From Microthyrium microscopicum (lineage: Eukaryota), in the NCBI GenBank assembly GCA_010405405.1, contig MU004238.1, positions 1,251,530-1,315,529 on the forward strand: a stretch of DNA of 64,000 nt, read 5' to 3'. The notes under the pieces are model-generated. The model saw only the letters and a program-made list of their open reading frames with translations. It searched no databases and had not been told where the DNA came from. How positions within the stretch are numbered: the first letter of the stretch is position 1; each line of letters opens with the position of its first letter. This document shows, one piece after another, positions 1 to 12,296 of the stretch. The position numbers were made by a program, and so were the translations under genes.

Positions 1-522
1 GCAGAAATCAGCGATGCTTTCGCCCTCTTCGCCACATCCTCCGACTCCGACGCAACCAACGGCACCCTCCCCACAACCCACCTGCAAAAGAGCCTTGTGT
101 ACACATTGCCAGCCGTCCCTTCCATACCGTACATAACTGACAACTATAGCGCACTCAACATATCAATCCCACGTGCCGAACTCACCGAACTACGCGCAAC
201 TCTCGACCCTGACGAAGAAGGCGAAATCAGTTACACACATTTCCTTGCGTACGCAGCACTACGGCTAAACGAAGCAGCGGATGACGCGGACCAGGAGCAG
301 AAAGCGGAGGAGGTGAGGGAAGCATACGGGCTATTCACGCGTGGCGGCGAAGGGCCGATTACGATTGCGCATTTGAGACGGGTGGCGGGGTTGGTTAAGG
401 AGGAGGTCGATGATGCGACGTTGAAGGATATGATTGCGGAGGCGAATGGGAAGGGGTGGAAGGATGGTGTGAATGCGAGGGAGTTTGAAACGATGCTGAG
501 GAGGGCGGGGGTGTTTACTTGA
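1..522 (+). CDS. EF-hand calcium-binding protein, centrin/calmodulin-like (5' end lies outside the window)
   Basis: Translation contains EF-hand-like loops (LDPDEEGEISYTHF; FTRGGEGPITIAHLRRVA; DMIAEANG..GVNAREF). Intron about 99-149 (GTACAC...CTGAC...TAG). Confidence 0.8.
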   Translation, partial: AEISDAFALFATSSDSDATNGTLPTTHLQKSLVYTLPAVPSIPYITDNYSALNISIPRAELTELRATLDPDEEGEISYTHFLAYAALRLNEAADDADQEQKAEEVREAYGLFTRGGEGPITIAHLRRVAGLVKEEVDDATLKDMIAEANGKGWKDGVNAREFETMLRRAGVFT

Positions 523-767
523 TAGTTGCGTTTTATGGAGTGCAGACATGACCTATTTGATGATTTATGATATACCCAACGTAGATTTAGTAGATGATTG
601 AATGTGAATGGATAATTCATGCTATTATATTGCTGGGGATATTCGATTACTAAATTTCAGCCCATTGACCATTCCAAAGGTCGTAACTCCAAAGATATGC
701 TTTCATCGTCAACCATTAAATCTTCTCAAATGCTATCGCAAGTTCTTTGCTCAGATCTGCAAGTTTT

Positions 768-1618
768 CTATCGCTGATCCTCAATCGGCGTCACATTGGT
801 CGTGATTGGAGTCGCATTCGAGGACGTCGGCGTCGGACCGGCAATTGACTCTGGTGCCTTAAAACCAGCATGCTCTGAATGAGCCTTATAGTAGTACATG
901 TTCTCTCGTGGCTGTAGCTCCGGCGGAAGTTCAGTAAGAACTGTCTCCAGAATGCGCTGCTTTCCCTCCGTATGATTGGCATCCCGATTCCAGATTGTGA
1001 TCAAATAGGACGTGAACCGCACACTCAATGAAACACCGCAAATATCGTCAATAAACGCTACAACATCTTATTAGTCATATCCTACCAATGTCAAGATCCA
1101 TACATACTTATCCGCTTACTCGCCACAGCCGCCTGTAGCTTCTCTCCTACTGCCATCAATGCGACATTCTTCCAGAACTCCGCCGCCTTCTCCTTCGGCA
1201 CGCGAAATGTCCACGCTCCTCCCTTCATATTCCGCGGATCCTCCCACACCGGCTTCACACCCTTGTGGAACATATGGACCGAATCTCGTAGTGGCATGTT
1301 TCCAATGTCGAAGTTGTTGAACACCTCCCAGAACTCGCGAACATCCGACATGACGCTCAGCCTCACCAATCGATCCTCATAGTTGTCGTCCGCATCGCCA
1401 GTCGAGGCCGCTGGTTCAGGAGATGACGCCTTTTTGCGATCTTGTCGGTCGTGCCAAAACTCCCACTGATGAACGAGCGGTGGTGCGCGTAATTTGTTGA
1501 GCAGATTGGCTCGCATTTCTCTGCCGCGCGCAGGGGAGGCTGTGGATGCTAGGTCGGCTTCTGAGATACCGGGTAGACTGCCGGTTTGGAGGGGAAGGCG
1601 GGGGCGCTGGGAGGCCAT
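768..1618 (-). CDS. eIF4E-family cap-binding protein (non-canonical paralogue)
   Basis: Motifs HQWEFWHD, VREFW, HMFHKGVKPVWEDPRN, GGAW and DDICGVSLSVR. Intron 1058-1107 (GTATGT...TAG) joins the two ORF-track pieces in frame. Confidence 0.9.
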
Positions 1619-2494
1619 AATGTGTATAGATTGTAGGAGGAAGATCTGAAGGTAGAGTCAGTTGGGATATATTAAAAGATGGAAGATATACGGCGGTTGA
1701 GGGGTGAAAAGGGGCGCAAACAAATCGTGTTGGATGGAATAGTCACTCGAGTAGCCAACAAGGAGCTATGATGTAAACAGCATTAAATGCACTGTCCCAT
1801 GAATGCTCCAGGGCTAGCAGCAGAAGCTATGGTGAAGTTGAATAGTATAAGATGTATAGCGGGAATGAGACTGCAATGAGACGCAGGCGGCTAGGAATAT
1901 AGATTTACCTTTTGTGAGGTTTCAAACAATGGTGAAATGGGCTGGCGCCGTAGTCGAGATGATCTGATACAGGTGAACCAATGGGAGATGTATATAGAAA
2001 AGTCTGAGCTAGATAAGAGGATAAGTAGAGCAAACTGGCAAGCAAAATCAGGTCCAGAGATAGAAAAGAAGGAGTTGAGTTGGATGGTGGAGGATGTTGA
2101 AGTTGGTGTCGCATTCAGCCTCTTTGATCATTTGCACTTGTCCAATTGCATTCCTTCATCCCACCAACATCCCAAACCAGGGTCCAGAGCGATGTTTAGA
2201 GGAGACGTGCACGGATAAAGCGAAAGTCCCGATTTGTAGTGCGCGACAAGCCCACCTTTGGTGTAATTTTGTCTCTACTTTAGTCGGGCCCAAAGTGGGG
2301 AAAATGCGTGCAAGGATCAAGTTTCCTTCTCCAAACCTGCCCTGAACTAAAACCATGACTAAACATCTCTCTCGAAAATAACCTTTAGTATCTACTAGCG
2401 CTCTAAGTCTGCATCTGCATCATATCCCAAAAAGCTAACCATCTCTCGTCTTACAAGTTCCACCCGTCCTCCAATCACCCTACCATTCTTCACC

Positions 2495-3229
2495 ATGAAG
2501 CGCAAAGCCTCCCCCACCACCAACGAAGCCGAATCTAGCACCCGCCTCGTGCGCCGCAGAATCCAAGTACTTGACGACGCCCCCGAAGAACCAGAAACAG
2601 ACTCCTCCTCTGGCCTGGACACCACCTCCACCGATGAAGATTCCTCCGATCTCAGCTCTTCCTCCGACGAGAGCTCCGACACCAGCAGCCAAGACGATGA
2701 TGACGATATGGAGACAGACGAGCAAGCCAGCTCACCTTTTATAAGTCCGCCGCTCACAGTGGGCACGAGTATACATACCGATGCGCATAGTGGAGTGACG
2801 ACACTTCGCATGGGCCAGAAACCACGCATAGAGAGTCCGCTACCGAGTGATCGGTCTTCGATCTTACGGAGATTGCAGAACTTTTTGCCGAGGATGGAGG
2901 ATGCGAATCGGCTGTTGGATGTTGAGCGGGAGGCGGGGACGTTGGCGAGTCGGGTCATTGATGCGGATGTTGATATGACTGATCAGTCAGATGATGGGAA
3001 GCAAGGGCAGTATATTGAGATGGTAGGTGTTGCTCATAATGGAGCTGTTCTTTGGACTAACAACGATTAGGATCTCGGGCTCGGTGTTTGGGAAGAACAA
3101 GACGAAGATGTCGCCAAAGACCCCGATGTCCAAGCACGACAAGAAGCCGAGGAAAAGATCAAGGCTGCACTCTTTCAAGATACAAAGGCCGGAGCCATCC
3201 AAGTGGTGCAAGAAGATGGTGACATATGA
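2495..3229 (+). CDS. DUF4598 / NOPCHAP1-like acidic protein
   Basis: Motifs RLQNFLPRMEDANRLL and YIEM|DLGLGV, joined across intron 3022-3070. Stop TGA at 3227-3229. Confidence 0.7.
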
Positions 3230-3327
3230 TCTATGTGACGTCCAAACGCGACCGGGAGCATATGTTGCTCCACCCTGATGATACATGTCTAATTATACAA
3301 ATGATACCCGCTATTATATGCAATATC

Positions 3328-5191
3328 TCAATGCTCCGTAATTCTACAGTGCCAGCCCGACGTTTGTTCGAGTAGCGGTAAACTAAACAACATGTTAGCA
3401 TATGCGTACAGAGTGCAGTCGGATCATGAACATACCTGGCTCCCAAGCACCAACCCAATTCATTACCCTTGATCTTCTTTGCAATCTTGACTTCTCGGTC
3501 AATTGGCATCTCATATCCAAGATGCAACAACGCAAACATAAAATTAAGATCCAAACATGTCTCCGGTCGTCCATTCAATTCATCCATAGCGCCTTCAATG
3601 CTGTGGAAAACATCCCAAGACTTCTTGCCATTGCACACCCGTTGGGCTAGCTCCTTCAACTCGCGTAGTGTAAAACTCTCTGGTACACCTAGTGGCTTCA
3701 CTCGATCATAGAAGTAGCTGAACAGGTATACATCCTCAACTGAAAAGGTCTTTTCGAGCGATGGCTGATGCACTCCATCAAATGCACATGGGTGTAGTTT
3801 GCACTCAGTATCTTTACGCAGTGTACGTTCAGCAATGGCTTGACATTGCACCGGGGCACCCTCTGTTGGACCGACCATCTTGACTTTGACACTAGAGCCT
3901 AGTGCGTGGCCGTCGGGCATCTTGACTTCGACTTCGCGGGTCATGCCTGGGATGATGCATGGATTGGTGATGGGTTCCGAGAGCCAAGCTCGGTCTTCGC
4001 CTTTCTCTTTGTACAGTGCCTCGACAACAGCGGTATGTATGTTCTCACGTGCGGCCATGAGGCCATACCCAAGATACGAATGTTGGTAAAGGTCAAATTG
4101 GCGACCACCAAAGTCGAGCTCATATTTGTGATCGCCAGGAGCCAATTTCTCGGGCATACCGCCGTTCGGCTTCTTGAAGTTTGGTTGGAAGACAATCTGC
4201 GTAGAGCCACCACCGAGGTCAAAGACAGCAGCAGTGGGGGAATCGTCCGGTCCACCGATCTTGCCGAGTAAATAGTTGGTTGTGATCCAGGCATAGACAC
4301 CTTCGTATTTGCCATCCATGACTTCCACACCGCCTTTCTCTTCGGAGAGAACGGGGAAGGGGTATTCGGTTTCGAGGCGATGGCGGACAGCTTTGAGGAT
4401 GGCGTTGCTAAGTTCTGGGCCGAGTTTTCGGAGACCTGCTGTTGCTTTGACTGCTACTGGCGTACATCCCTTCAACTTATCTGGGACATGAGCCATGGCT
4501 TCTTCCATTAGTGTGTCCAAACTCTTCGCAGCGCCCTCAGCGTCTTCTTTATATGAACTGAGCCCAGAGCCTCCCTCTCGCTTAGGTGTCTGCTTGAAGA
4601 TCTCCTCCTCAAGCTCAGGCGTTGACCCGCAATTATTGAATCTGTAAACATGGATACGCGACCCCGTACTGCCCGCGTCGATCATTAAAACATATTGTAT
4701 GATGGGTTTATTCGCAGCAAACGATTTGTTGCATTTCTTCGTGCCCGTCGTTGGATCTGTAGCAACATCGCCACCCTTCTTGAAGGATGGAGTATGATCT
4801 AAAACCCATAATTAGTCCTGATCAAGAATTTCGCTTGAATTGCAAACTCACCGCCTACATATTTCTCGACCGCCTGACGCTCCCCTGGCGCGAAAAGGAA
4901 CAACACAAATAACACAAATGCAATGACTCCACCCGCCTTGAGATACCGTAACCTTTGGCGGTGATTCATGTGAGCCTGTCTCCCCTCGTATGCGTGGCCA
5001 GACCGGCCTGTGAATGTATTTCGCGCGTAGCGATCCGACGGCCGATACGGCTCGTCGAGGTTGCGTGTAGGTAGCGTGACGGAGGAGGTGCGGCGATTGC
5101 GGGTATTAGAAGTAGCGGAGGGGTTGGTATTATTGAAGCCAAAGTAGGACCAGATTCCAGCTCGTTGGCGAACGTCGACGCTGCTGGACAT
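3328..5191 (-). CDS. GDA1: Golgi guanosine diphosphatase (GDA1/CD39 family)
   Basis: Apyrase conserved regions IDAGSTGSR, ATAGLR and DLGGGSTQ, N-terminal TM helix, and LGWCLGA. Introns about 4798-4849 and 3385-3435. Last exon ends GWHCRITEH*. Confidence 0.93.
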
Positions 5192-5785
5192 TGGAAGGTG
5201 ATAAGAAGATTATGTGTTGTTCGTGATGGCTGTGTAACAGGGACTTGAGGACATTGGTCGTTGTGCTACCGGTACAGGGAAAGACTCGAGGCGCGCCAGA
5301 ATGAGGAACGAGGCTGTGAAAAGAAAGTGCGGTCTATAATGAAGAAGGTGTCAAGACTATTTTCAAGTCTTGAAATGCGCAGATCTAAGGAGAGATGATG
5401 GTTTAGAAAAAAAGGTTAGGAGGTGCAACCAGTAGCACTTTGAGAATCACAGATTGGCCAAAAGCCGCTTTGATAATCTTTCCCTTAAAACCCCTAAAAT
5501 TAAAAAGAGGCCAAAATTACATTGACTTTTAGCGTAGGACTAGCGCTACTTAATCAAGAATTCGTACATAAAATCAACCTCCAGTATTTGATCTTCTTCA
5601 CTTCGCGCAATTGCGCATGCAACATAAAAGTACCGGCGATCCTCCACTTGGTTGGTACCTCCCTATGAACAGAATTCTGTCATCCAATGCTATGGAGGTT
5701 TTTTTTTTTCGTACCACGCCATAGTCGCTTGCTGCATATCCAGGTGGTGAATCCTGTCGATTTGCATGCCCATCCAGTCCACTCT

Positions 5786-6817
5786 TCATGCAACCATCTC
5801 AACGTCAGTGTTCATGCCAAACCCGGACTCAATTCCGCATGACTCCAGTCTGTTGATTTCTTGCCGCGCCGTCCAGTTCTTCCAAACCGGTGCTGTCACC
5901 ACCTGTGCTCGCGGCGTCCAGGCCTTCACTTGCCGTTTAATAGTAGAGTTGCCACTACCCCAGCCGCCGGCCGATTCATGGTTCGGGTCGAACAGGTCTG
6001 CGTTACTATACTTTCGTTTGGATGCCTTCTGCGGAACCGGAGCATACAATATGGGCGTTTGGCAACCGATTATGTTCTCTTGTGCAGTAGTGCCAACGTC
6101 CATCTGAACATCATCATTCATGCTTACGACAGTCTGGGTGAACGTCTCCTTGACGTTACGAGCTGGATCGAGTATCGATTCTGGTACGTTGAGTTGAGGA
6201 CTGGAAGCTCGGATGATGGCTGTATCATTGGCAATTTGCTGTAACCTGGCTTGGTTCATACGCAGAATGGGATGAATATGCGCTATGGATTCCCTAGGAC
6301 TGGTCAGTCAGCGTGTTCAAAGGCAGTTATCTAAGTCTTCTTACAGTTGGAGACACTGAAGCAGCCAATTGAACGTGGTGACTTGACAAGTCAACTTTGT
6401 CAAGATATCTTCCATCAAGCTCTCGTTCCAAGCAACCCATAACAGTTTCGCGGCCCAGTCACCGCAAAGCTTTTGCACCTCATCTTCTATGAGACCGGTA
6501 AGCGATTTGCTTCCAACGAGAGCAATGTCGAAGGCTTCGAACAGAGCGCTGTCCTTGGAGCCAAGCTTGGCTGCAAATTCAGTTGGGTTGAGCAGAAGAA
6601 GTTCCTGAATGTGGTGAAGTGCGTTTGTCGTCAGGTTGATTTGCGCAGTGATTGCAATGATAGTGAATTTGGCATTCTTGTATTTCTCCTTCAATTCATT
6701 GAATTGACTGTAGAGTTTGGCACAACTCGACAAGGTGTCGGACTGGGGACATCAGTGAGCATTGGAACGGGGAGCCGAAGTATTCGCATAACTTACCACA
6801 GCGGCTATGGACTCCAT
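5786..6817 (-). CDS. Protein with fungal N-terminal (HeLo-like / STAND N-terminal) helical domain, ~300 aa, no NTPase domain
   Basis: Spliced model MESIAAV|SDTLSSCAKLYSQFNELKEKYKNAKFTIIAITAQ...KLLWVAWNESLMEDILTKLTCQVTTFNWLLQCLQL|ESIAHIH. Introns 6743-6796 and 6294-6344 are canonical and preserve frame. Confidence 0.65.
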
Positions 6818-7654
6818 CTTCGTGAAAGCAAACCCTAGCGAAGGATAAATTGATCGTCGGAACAAGACGATAAAAAAAGAGAAGAGAGAGGGTCCTCTTT
6901 ATCTTTAAAACGGTAAACCCACTGAACGCCTTCGCAAGCCTTTGTACAAACTTAGGTGAGCCGGCTGAGGACCATGTTGCACGAGCAACGCCTCCAGATT
7001 CCGGCTCCATAAATAGTCGTCAGATTCAGGTCCCTTGGCTTGGCCACCGGGTGCAACAAGCTTGAAATCATGATCTTTGAGACGCTTTCTCAGAAGAGGT
7101 GCTTAGTTTCCAGGTTGTCAACACACGATGTTCCAGGTTTCTGCATGTGTGTGCACATCAAACCAGCCTGGTCGTTAGAGACTTGTAGAGCTCCGTACTA
7201 GTGGCAAGTCAAGGTGGCAACCAAAATGAGATCTCAAACCCAAATACAGGTCTGTACATTCTGGATTTGTCAAATCCGATCTGTACTGTCTGAGATGTTA
7301 ATATGAGCTACAGGAATACTAGAGGTTAGGACACTATTACTAGTGCAAGTATCTATATCTATACATGCAAGACATGCAGATCAAGCTCTAGAGAGTACTA
7401 CTTTGTAATAGAAGGAGCGATGGCGCTAAGCCCAAAAGGTCAGGGCAATGCAACTGCGACGACGATGGCGAGTTTACGTGCCTGCAGCAGCCTACAGCCT
7501 ACAGCATCATTTACAGTACAAGAAGTACCTTAAAAGCAGATACTTGAATCTGCCATCAAACACCTACATCTTCCACATATCAATATCCTTAGCATTGTCT
7601 CTGCATTAGACCATAATTCAAACGCCCGCGTTTTGGCCATATTCTCACTGCATC

Positions 7655-9604
7655 ATGGATGTACAGCTTTATGTCTATGACCTCTCACAGGTAGATCTAA
7701 GTCTAGCATTCAAACAGTAAAGGAAACTAACATATCCAGGGTCTTGCTCGACAGGTATAGCGCCTGAACAGATCAGCTAGATGTACGCAAGCTAAACTAA
7801 GCCATAGTTCTCTCAACAGTTCATAGGAACTCAAATAGGTAGATTCAGTACTGCCTCAGAGGTCATCGAATCAGTTGCTAATACACATAAGATGCCGTTT
7901 ACCATACTTCAATCGTACTGGAAGGCATAGAGTACTTCTATGGTGCCGGCATTCAGTCAACTCAAGCTGGCAGCACTCACCATGGTCGTCCAATGGAAAC
8001 CGTTTCGCTTGGACGAACTGAACTTCCTATCGAACTCGTACTTGAGTACTTGGACAGCTTGAGAAGCATATACACCCAAGAGGTGAACCTCCTCCAAAGC
8101 ATATACAAAACGCGTACGCTAACTCTGGTCTTTAGTCTTATGATCTCTTCTTACACAACTGTAACAACTTGTAAGAAATCATACAATCTTGAAATTCGAA
8201 CCTAATTGAAGTAGCTCCAATGACTTTGCAATGTTCTTGGTTGGAAAGAATATTCCTATTCACATAACATCTCTTCCACAAACGGTCATGAACACGCCAT
8301 TTGGTATGATGCTGAAACCATATCTTGATCAAGCCATGAGACCTATTACACAAGCTCCTGTTCAATCTACTATACCGTCTCAGCCTTCGGCGACCCGATC
8401 TACAGACTCTGGGGCAGTACGAAACATCACTTCAATATCAGAACTAGAGAAGGCCTTGGCTTCAGCAAAGAACTCTTGTTCTATCATCTTCTTTACCAGC
8501 TCAACCTGTGGGCCGTGCAAGATCCTCTATGGCCCCTTTGACCAAGCAGCTCGTGAAACAGGCGACAGAGCCGTCTTCATCAAAGTCGATATCAACTTAG
8601 CCCAAGCCATAGCCGAGCAATACAGGATCTCCGCGACACCAACATTCATGACCTTCCTCAAAGGCGCAAAACAAGAACAATGGGCTGGTGCTGACCTGCA
8701 ACGCCTACAATCTTCCCTCAAATACCTCCTGGCCGCCGCCTACCCAGCACATCCTCACACTTCCCTTCCCGTCTCCGCCCTTGTAGCCGCTGGCCGAACA
8801 CCAATCCGCTACACCAAACTCCCTCCTTTGGACAAGCTCATCCCCAAACTCGGCTCTCTCGCAACAGACCCTTCCGTTCTCGCCATGAAAACATTCCTCC
8901 CAAACATCTCCTCCGCCAACGCCGCAGACAATCCACTCCCCTCCCTCCCAGACTTTGCCACCTTCCTCACCCACGCCCTATCTGCTCTCCCCAACGATGC
9001 GCTCTTTGCAGCCTACGACCTCTTCCGCGCAGCCCTAATCGACGCCCGAGTCGCCGCGTTCTTCGCAGACTCTGCCCGCCATACAACACTCCTGACGCTA
9101 CTGCACTACGTCACAGATGCAGACACAGAAGCGCCGTACCCGCTACGCATTGTTGCGCTACATCTTGCATGTAACGTGCTTGCGGGCGCTCTCCCGCACA
9201 GTCTCGAGCAATCTGTACTTGCGGCGCTTGTCAGTTTGGCTGCCGCAGGCTTATTGGACGCTGAACACGCGAATGTGCGTGTTGCGGCAGCGAGTTTGGC
9301 GTTCAATCTGAGTTCGTTGGCGCAGCGTGGTGCGATAGCGCTGAGTGATGATTCGCGCGTAGAGCTCGTAGCGGCGACGGCCGAAGCGTTAGGTCGTGAA
9401 ACGGAGAGTGTTGAATGTGCCACCGGACTGGTATTGGCACTCGGATTGGCGATTTATATGGCCGATATGGATGGAGAAGTCGTAGATTTATGTCGTGCGA
9501 TTGATGTAGCTGGTACAGTGAAGAGCAAGAAGGAGCTATTGCAGAAGACAGCGGCGAGCCAAGAAGCAGTGATGTTGGTTACGAAAGGATTGGAAAGATC
9601 CTGA
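7655..9604 (+). CDS. PPPDE/DeSI peptidase - thioredoxin - PUL domain protein
   Basis: Spliced N-terminus MDVQLYVYDLSQGLARQ...DAVYHTSIV...YDLFLHNCNNF (catalytic His/Cys), followed by a CGPC thioredoxin and a helical PUL-like C-terminus. Five short introns in the 5' part. Confidence 0.88.
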
Positions 9605-9625
9605 GGATACCTTGGATAATAGATT

Positions 9626-9847
9626 CTAGTCGTAATGTATGTGGTTGTCATATCTTTCTGCCGCTGCAACACGCCAGGATTCTCGATATTGATATGGTAA
9701 CCCGACCCACTTCGTGTAGTCGGCCGCAAGCTTGACGAAAACGAATAATGCTACGAACATTGCTGCTGCTGCGGCTGCAAAGAAGCATTCGAGTCGAGTC
9801 CATGGTCGACCAAGTTGGAATCGATTGACTCCCTGTAAATTCTCCAT
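9626..9847 (-). CDS. Possible 73-aa single-pass membrane microprotein
   Basis: ATG in ACAATGG context and one hydrophobic stretch (FFAAAAAAMFVALFVFV). No homology recognised. Convergent with, and very close to, the PUL gene. Confidence 0.3.
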   Translation of the reverse strand: MENLQGVNRFQLGRPWTRLECFFAAAAAAMFVALFVFVKLAADYTKWVGLPYQYRESWRVAAAERYDNHIHYD

Positions 9848-10210
9848 TGTAAAATTTTCAATGTGTGACAACGGAATGTAAAGTTAAGCAAGGTAAATCT
9901 GATGAGAACATGGAAATGAACAAGTGTTTATCGTTAGACGTGTGTGGTGTTGTCTGCTAGCGTACCGCTCAGATTATCAATAGTAGCTGGACGCAATGCA
10001 TACGCTGGACATGCAATAGAGAACCATCATCTGAAGTACAACGGTCGACCCGTGAGTACATTGTAAGAGAATGGCTTCCACAGCAGAAGCTCTGGGAATA
10101 GATACAGCCAGTATACTTCGGATATGACTTTGAACCAACAACATGTATATCATCACAAGCCCTTTCCATTCGGAACGTTCCATACTAGGTAGCCAACTGT
10201 TCCAATCCTT

Positions 10211-11578
10211 TTATCCCCAGTACTTGAGCAAACCATTCGCATCTCCTGTCACTGCCCTGCTCGGTTCCCTCGGATGCCATTGGCAAGCCAGCACCGGACT
10301 ATCACCAGCCTGAATCTTATGCAACATCTTACAACTCTTCCAGCTCCACCAGCACACATATCCGCCAGTATCACCACTCATCACCAGTTCTCCATCCGCA
10401 CTAACATCCACATCAATAGCATAGCCCGCATTGTTATGCCCCCGAAAGCTCTTTTTACGATTCTGCCTAAACCGTTCCGTCGACGCATACACAACGATCT
10501 GATTGTCACTGCTTTGTAACGCAATAAATGGTTTTGTTGGGTGGTGTACGGCACGGTTCATGCTATACATATGCGGTTCCGCAATAAACTTGATCGGTAC
10601 GGGAATGCCGTACTCCCATGCGCGTAGACTCTTGTCGTCAGACGTACTGACGAACCGGCGGTCTTCGTCGCAGAATGTGAGGGTATTGACGGGGCCAAGA
10701 TGGTGGTCGTATTCCTGGACGAGTTCGCGGGTACGTGTGTCGAATTGGACGATCTTCTTATCGGCCATGCCGGCGATGAATTCGTGGGGTTGGGAGGGAT
10801 TGAAACGGACGACGTGGGGTGTTTTGCCGGTGGTGAATTTTGCTTTGCAGGCGCCGGTTTCCGTGTCCCAGAGCTTCATTGTGCGATCGTATGAGGCGGT
10901 GAGGAATTCGACTCCAGAGGGGTTGAACGTTACGTCGTTGGTGCTCTTGGTGTGGCCAGAATATGTGCGGAGTAGCTCGCGATCGTGGTATACGTCGAAG
11001 AGTTTGACTTTGCCGCTGGCGGAGGCTGTTAGGAGAAGGTGGCCAGAGTCGGGGAAAAAGCGCATTTGCGTTATGGCGGCGCCTTGTTGTTCTTTCCAGG
11101 TGTGCACTAGTTTCTTCGGTACGTAGTTCTTGATGCCACTGTTGTCGCCGCGAAGATCGATATTCAGATCTAGTGGGACATGCATATATGTTCGACCTTG
11201 ATAGTCGTGCATCTGACTGCCATGGAATTCGGATGTCTCTGCCTCATCGGCGGGCGCATAGTCGGTTGCCATCTTAAATGGCACAACTGCCTGCTCTTGC
11301 TCCTCTTCCTCCTCTGTATCATTGTCGGTCACTTCGATCTCTTCCTCGGATCCATCGCTAACCTCGGGCGTCTTTTGCTTGAACTTTGCCCATGGCCCTT
11401 TGTATGCGCCTGGTCCGTACACGACACTGGCGTCCCCCCTCTCTTCCCGCTTCCGTTTCTTGGATTGTTGGCTCTCGACGGCGCGGTGGGCAGAGCGGAA
11501 CGTGCTTTCGCTAATCACAATCTCGGAGGCAAATCCGGTCGGTACGGAGCCTTTCGTGGAGGTAGGTTTTTGGGCCAT
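10211..11578 (-). CDS. CDC40: Pre-mRNA splicing factor Prp17/Cdc40 (WD40)
   Basis: Intronless 455 aa with GPWA, HDYQGRTYM and WD40 repeats (QEYDHHLGPVN, FRGHNNAGYA). Confidence 0.95.
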   Translation of the reverse strand: MAQKPTSTKGSVPTGFASEIVISESTFRSAHRAVESQQSKKRKREERGDASVVYGPGAYKGPWAKFKQKTPEVSDGSEEEIEVTDNDTEEEEEQEQAVVPFKMATDYAPADEAETSEFHGSQMHDYQGRTYMHVPLDLNIDLRGDNSGIKNYVPKKLVHTWKEQQGAAITQMRFFPDSGHLLLTASASGKVKLFDVYHDRELLRTYSGHTKSTNDVTFNPSGVEFLTASYDRTMKLWDTETGACKAKFTTGKTPHVVRFNPSQPHEFIAGMADKKIVQFDTRTRELVQEYDHHLGPVNTLTFCDEDRRFVSTSDDKSLRAWEYGIPVPIKFIAEPHMYSMNRAVHHPTKPFIALQSSDNQIVVYASTERFRQNRKKSFRGHNNAGYAIDVDVSADGELVMSGDTGGYVCWWSWKSCKMLHKIQAGDSPVLACQWHPREPSRAVTGDANGLLKYWG

Positions 11579-12296
11579 GGTTTAGGAGGTGTGGGTTGTA
11601 AAACTAGAAATGTTCTGTTCAAAAAGTTGGGTTGGAGAAGTGATGGTAGTAGCCCTAGCCCTCATAGGCATCAAGCTATCATGTGAAATTGTCACCTCAA
11701 AAAATCAGGTCATTTGACAATTTTGGAATTTGTCAGAAGTTGCTATAAAGATCTGCGATATCGAGGAAGCTTTTTTGAACAACGGAGGTATCAAATCTTA
11801 TGGACGTGGGGTGAAGGCTGGCAGTGCTTGAATGAAAGCCATCACCAAGCAAGCGAAGCTCACAGTTACCACTCAACAATTCTATGTATCGTCGTCCAGA
11901 CATTATCAACATTGAATTTGTAAAAAATGCTCCCTAGGCTAAGACTTGGCAAACGAACGCCAATGACACTTATAATATCGCACATCACCACCGTATACCA
12001 AGCTTGGTTCGTGTGAGATTACTACGTCAAGGTTTTCCACTCGTCCAAGCATTCTGCTTCATTTCGCTTTGCGCAATCATTGACCTCAGCTCATGGTCTA
12101 TTTTCCAAGATCACAAGTACCCGGCCTCATTCGCAAAGACCATTAAACTAATATGCCACTCCGCCAAAACACTCTCCTCCTGGGGGTATATCGCTCGTAG
12201 GCTCTTCTCAGCCGCGCATAGGATGGGGTGAGAGGGTGCGTCGTTAAACCAGTCGTAATTACTATTCGAGATATACGATGAAGAAGGTGTTCACAT

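Noticed and set aside
5351..5373. Inverted repeat TCAAGACT-N7-AGTCTTGA upstream of GDA1
   Set aside because: A single 8-bp stem is expected by chance in 64 kb, and there is no other support.
5786..6100. Amyloid signalling motif (HRAM/PP/sigma) at the C-terminus of the HeLo-like protein
   Set aside because: No clear N/Q/G pseudo-repeat pattern, and no adjacent NLR gene is visible.
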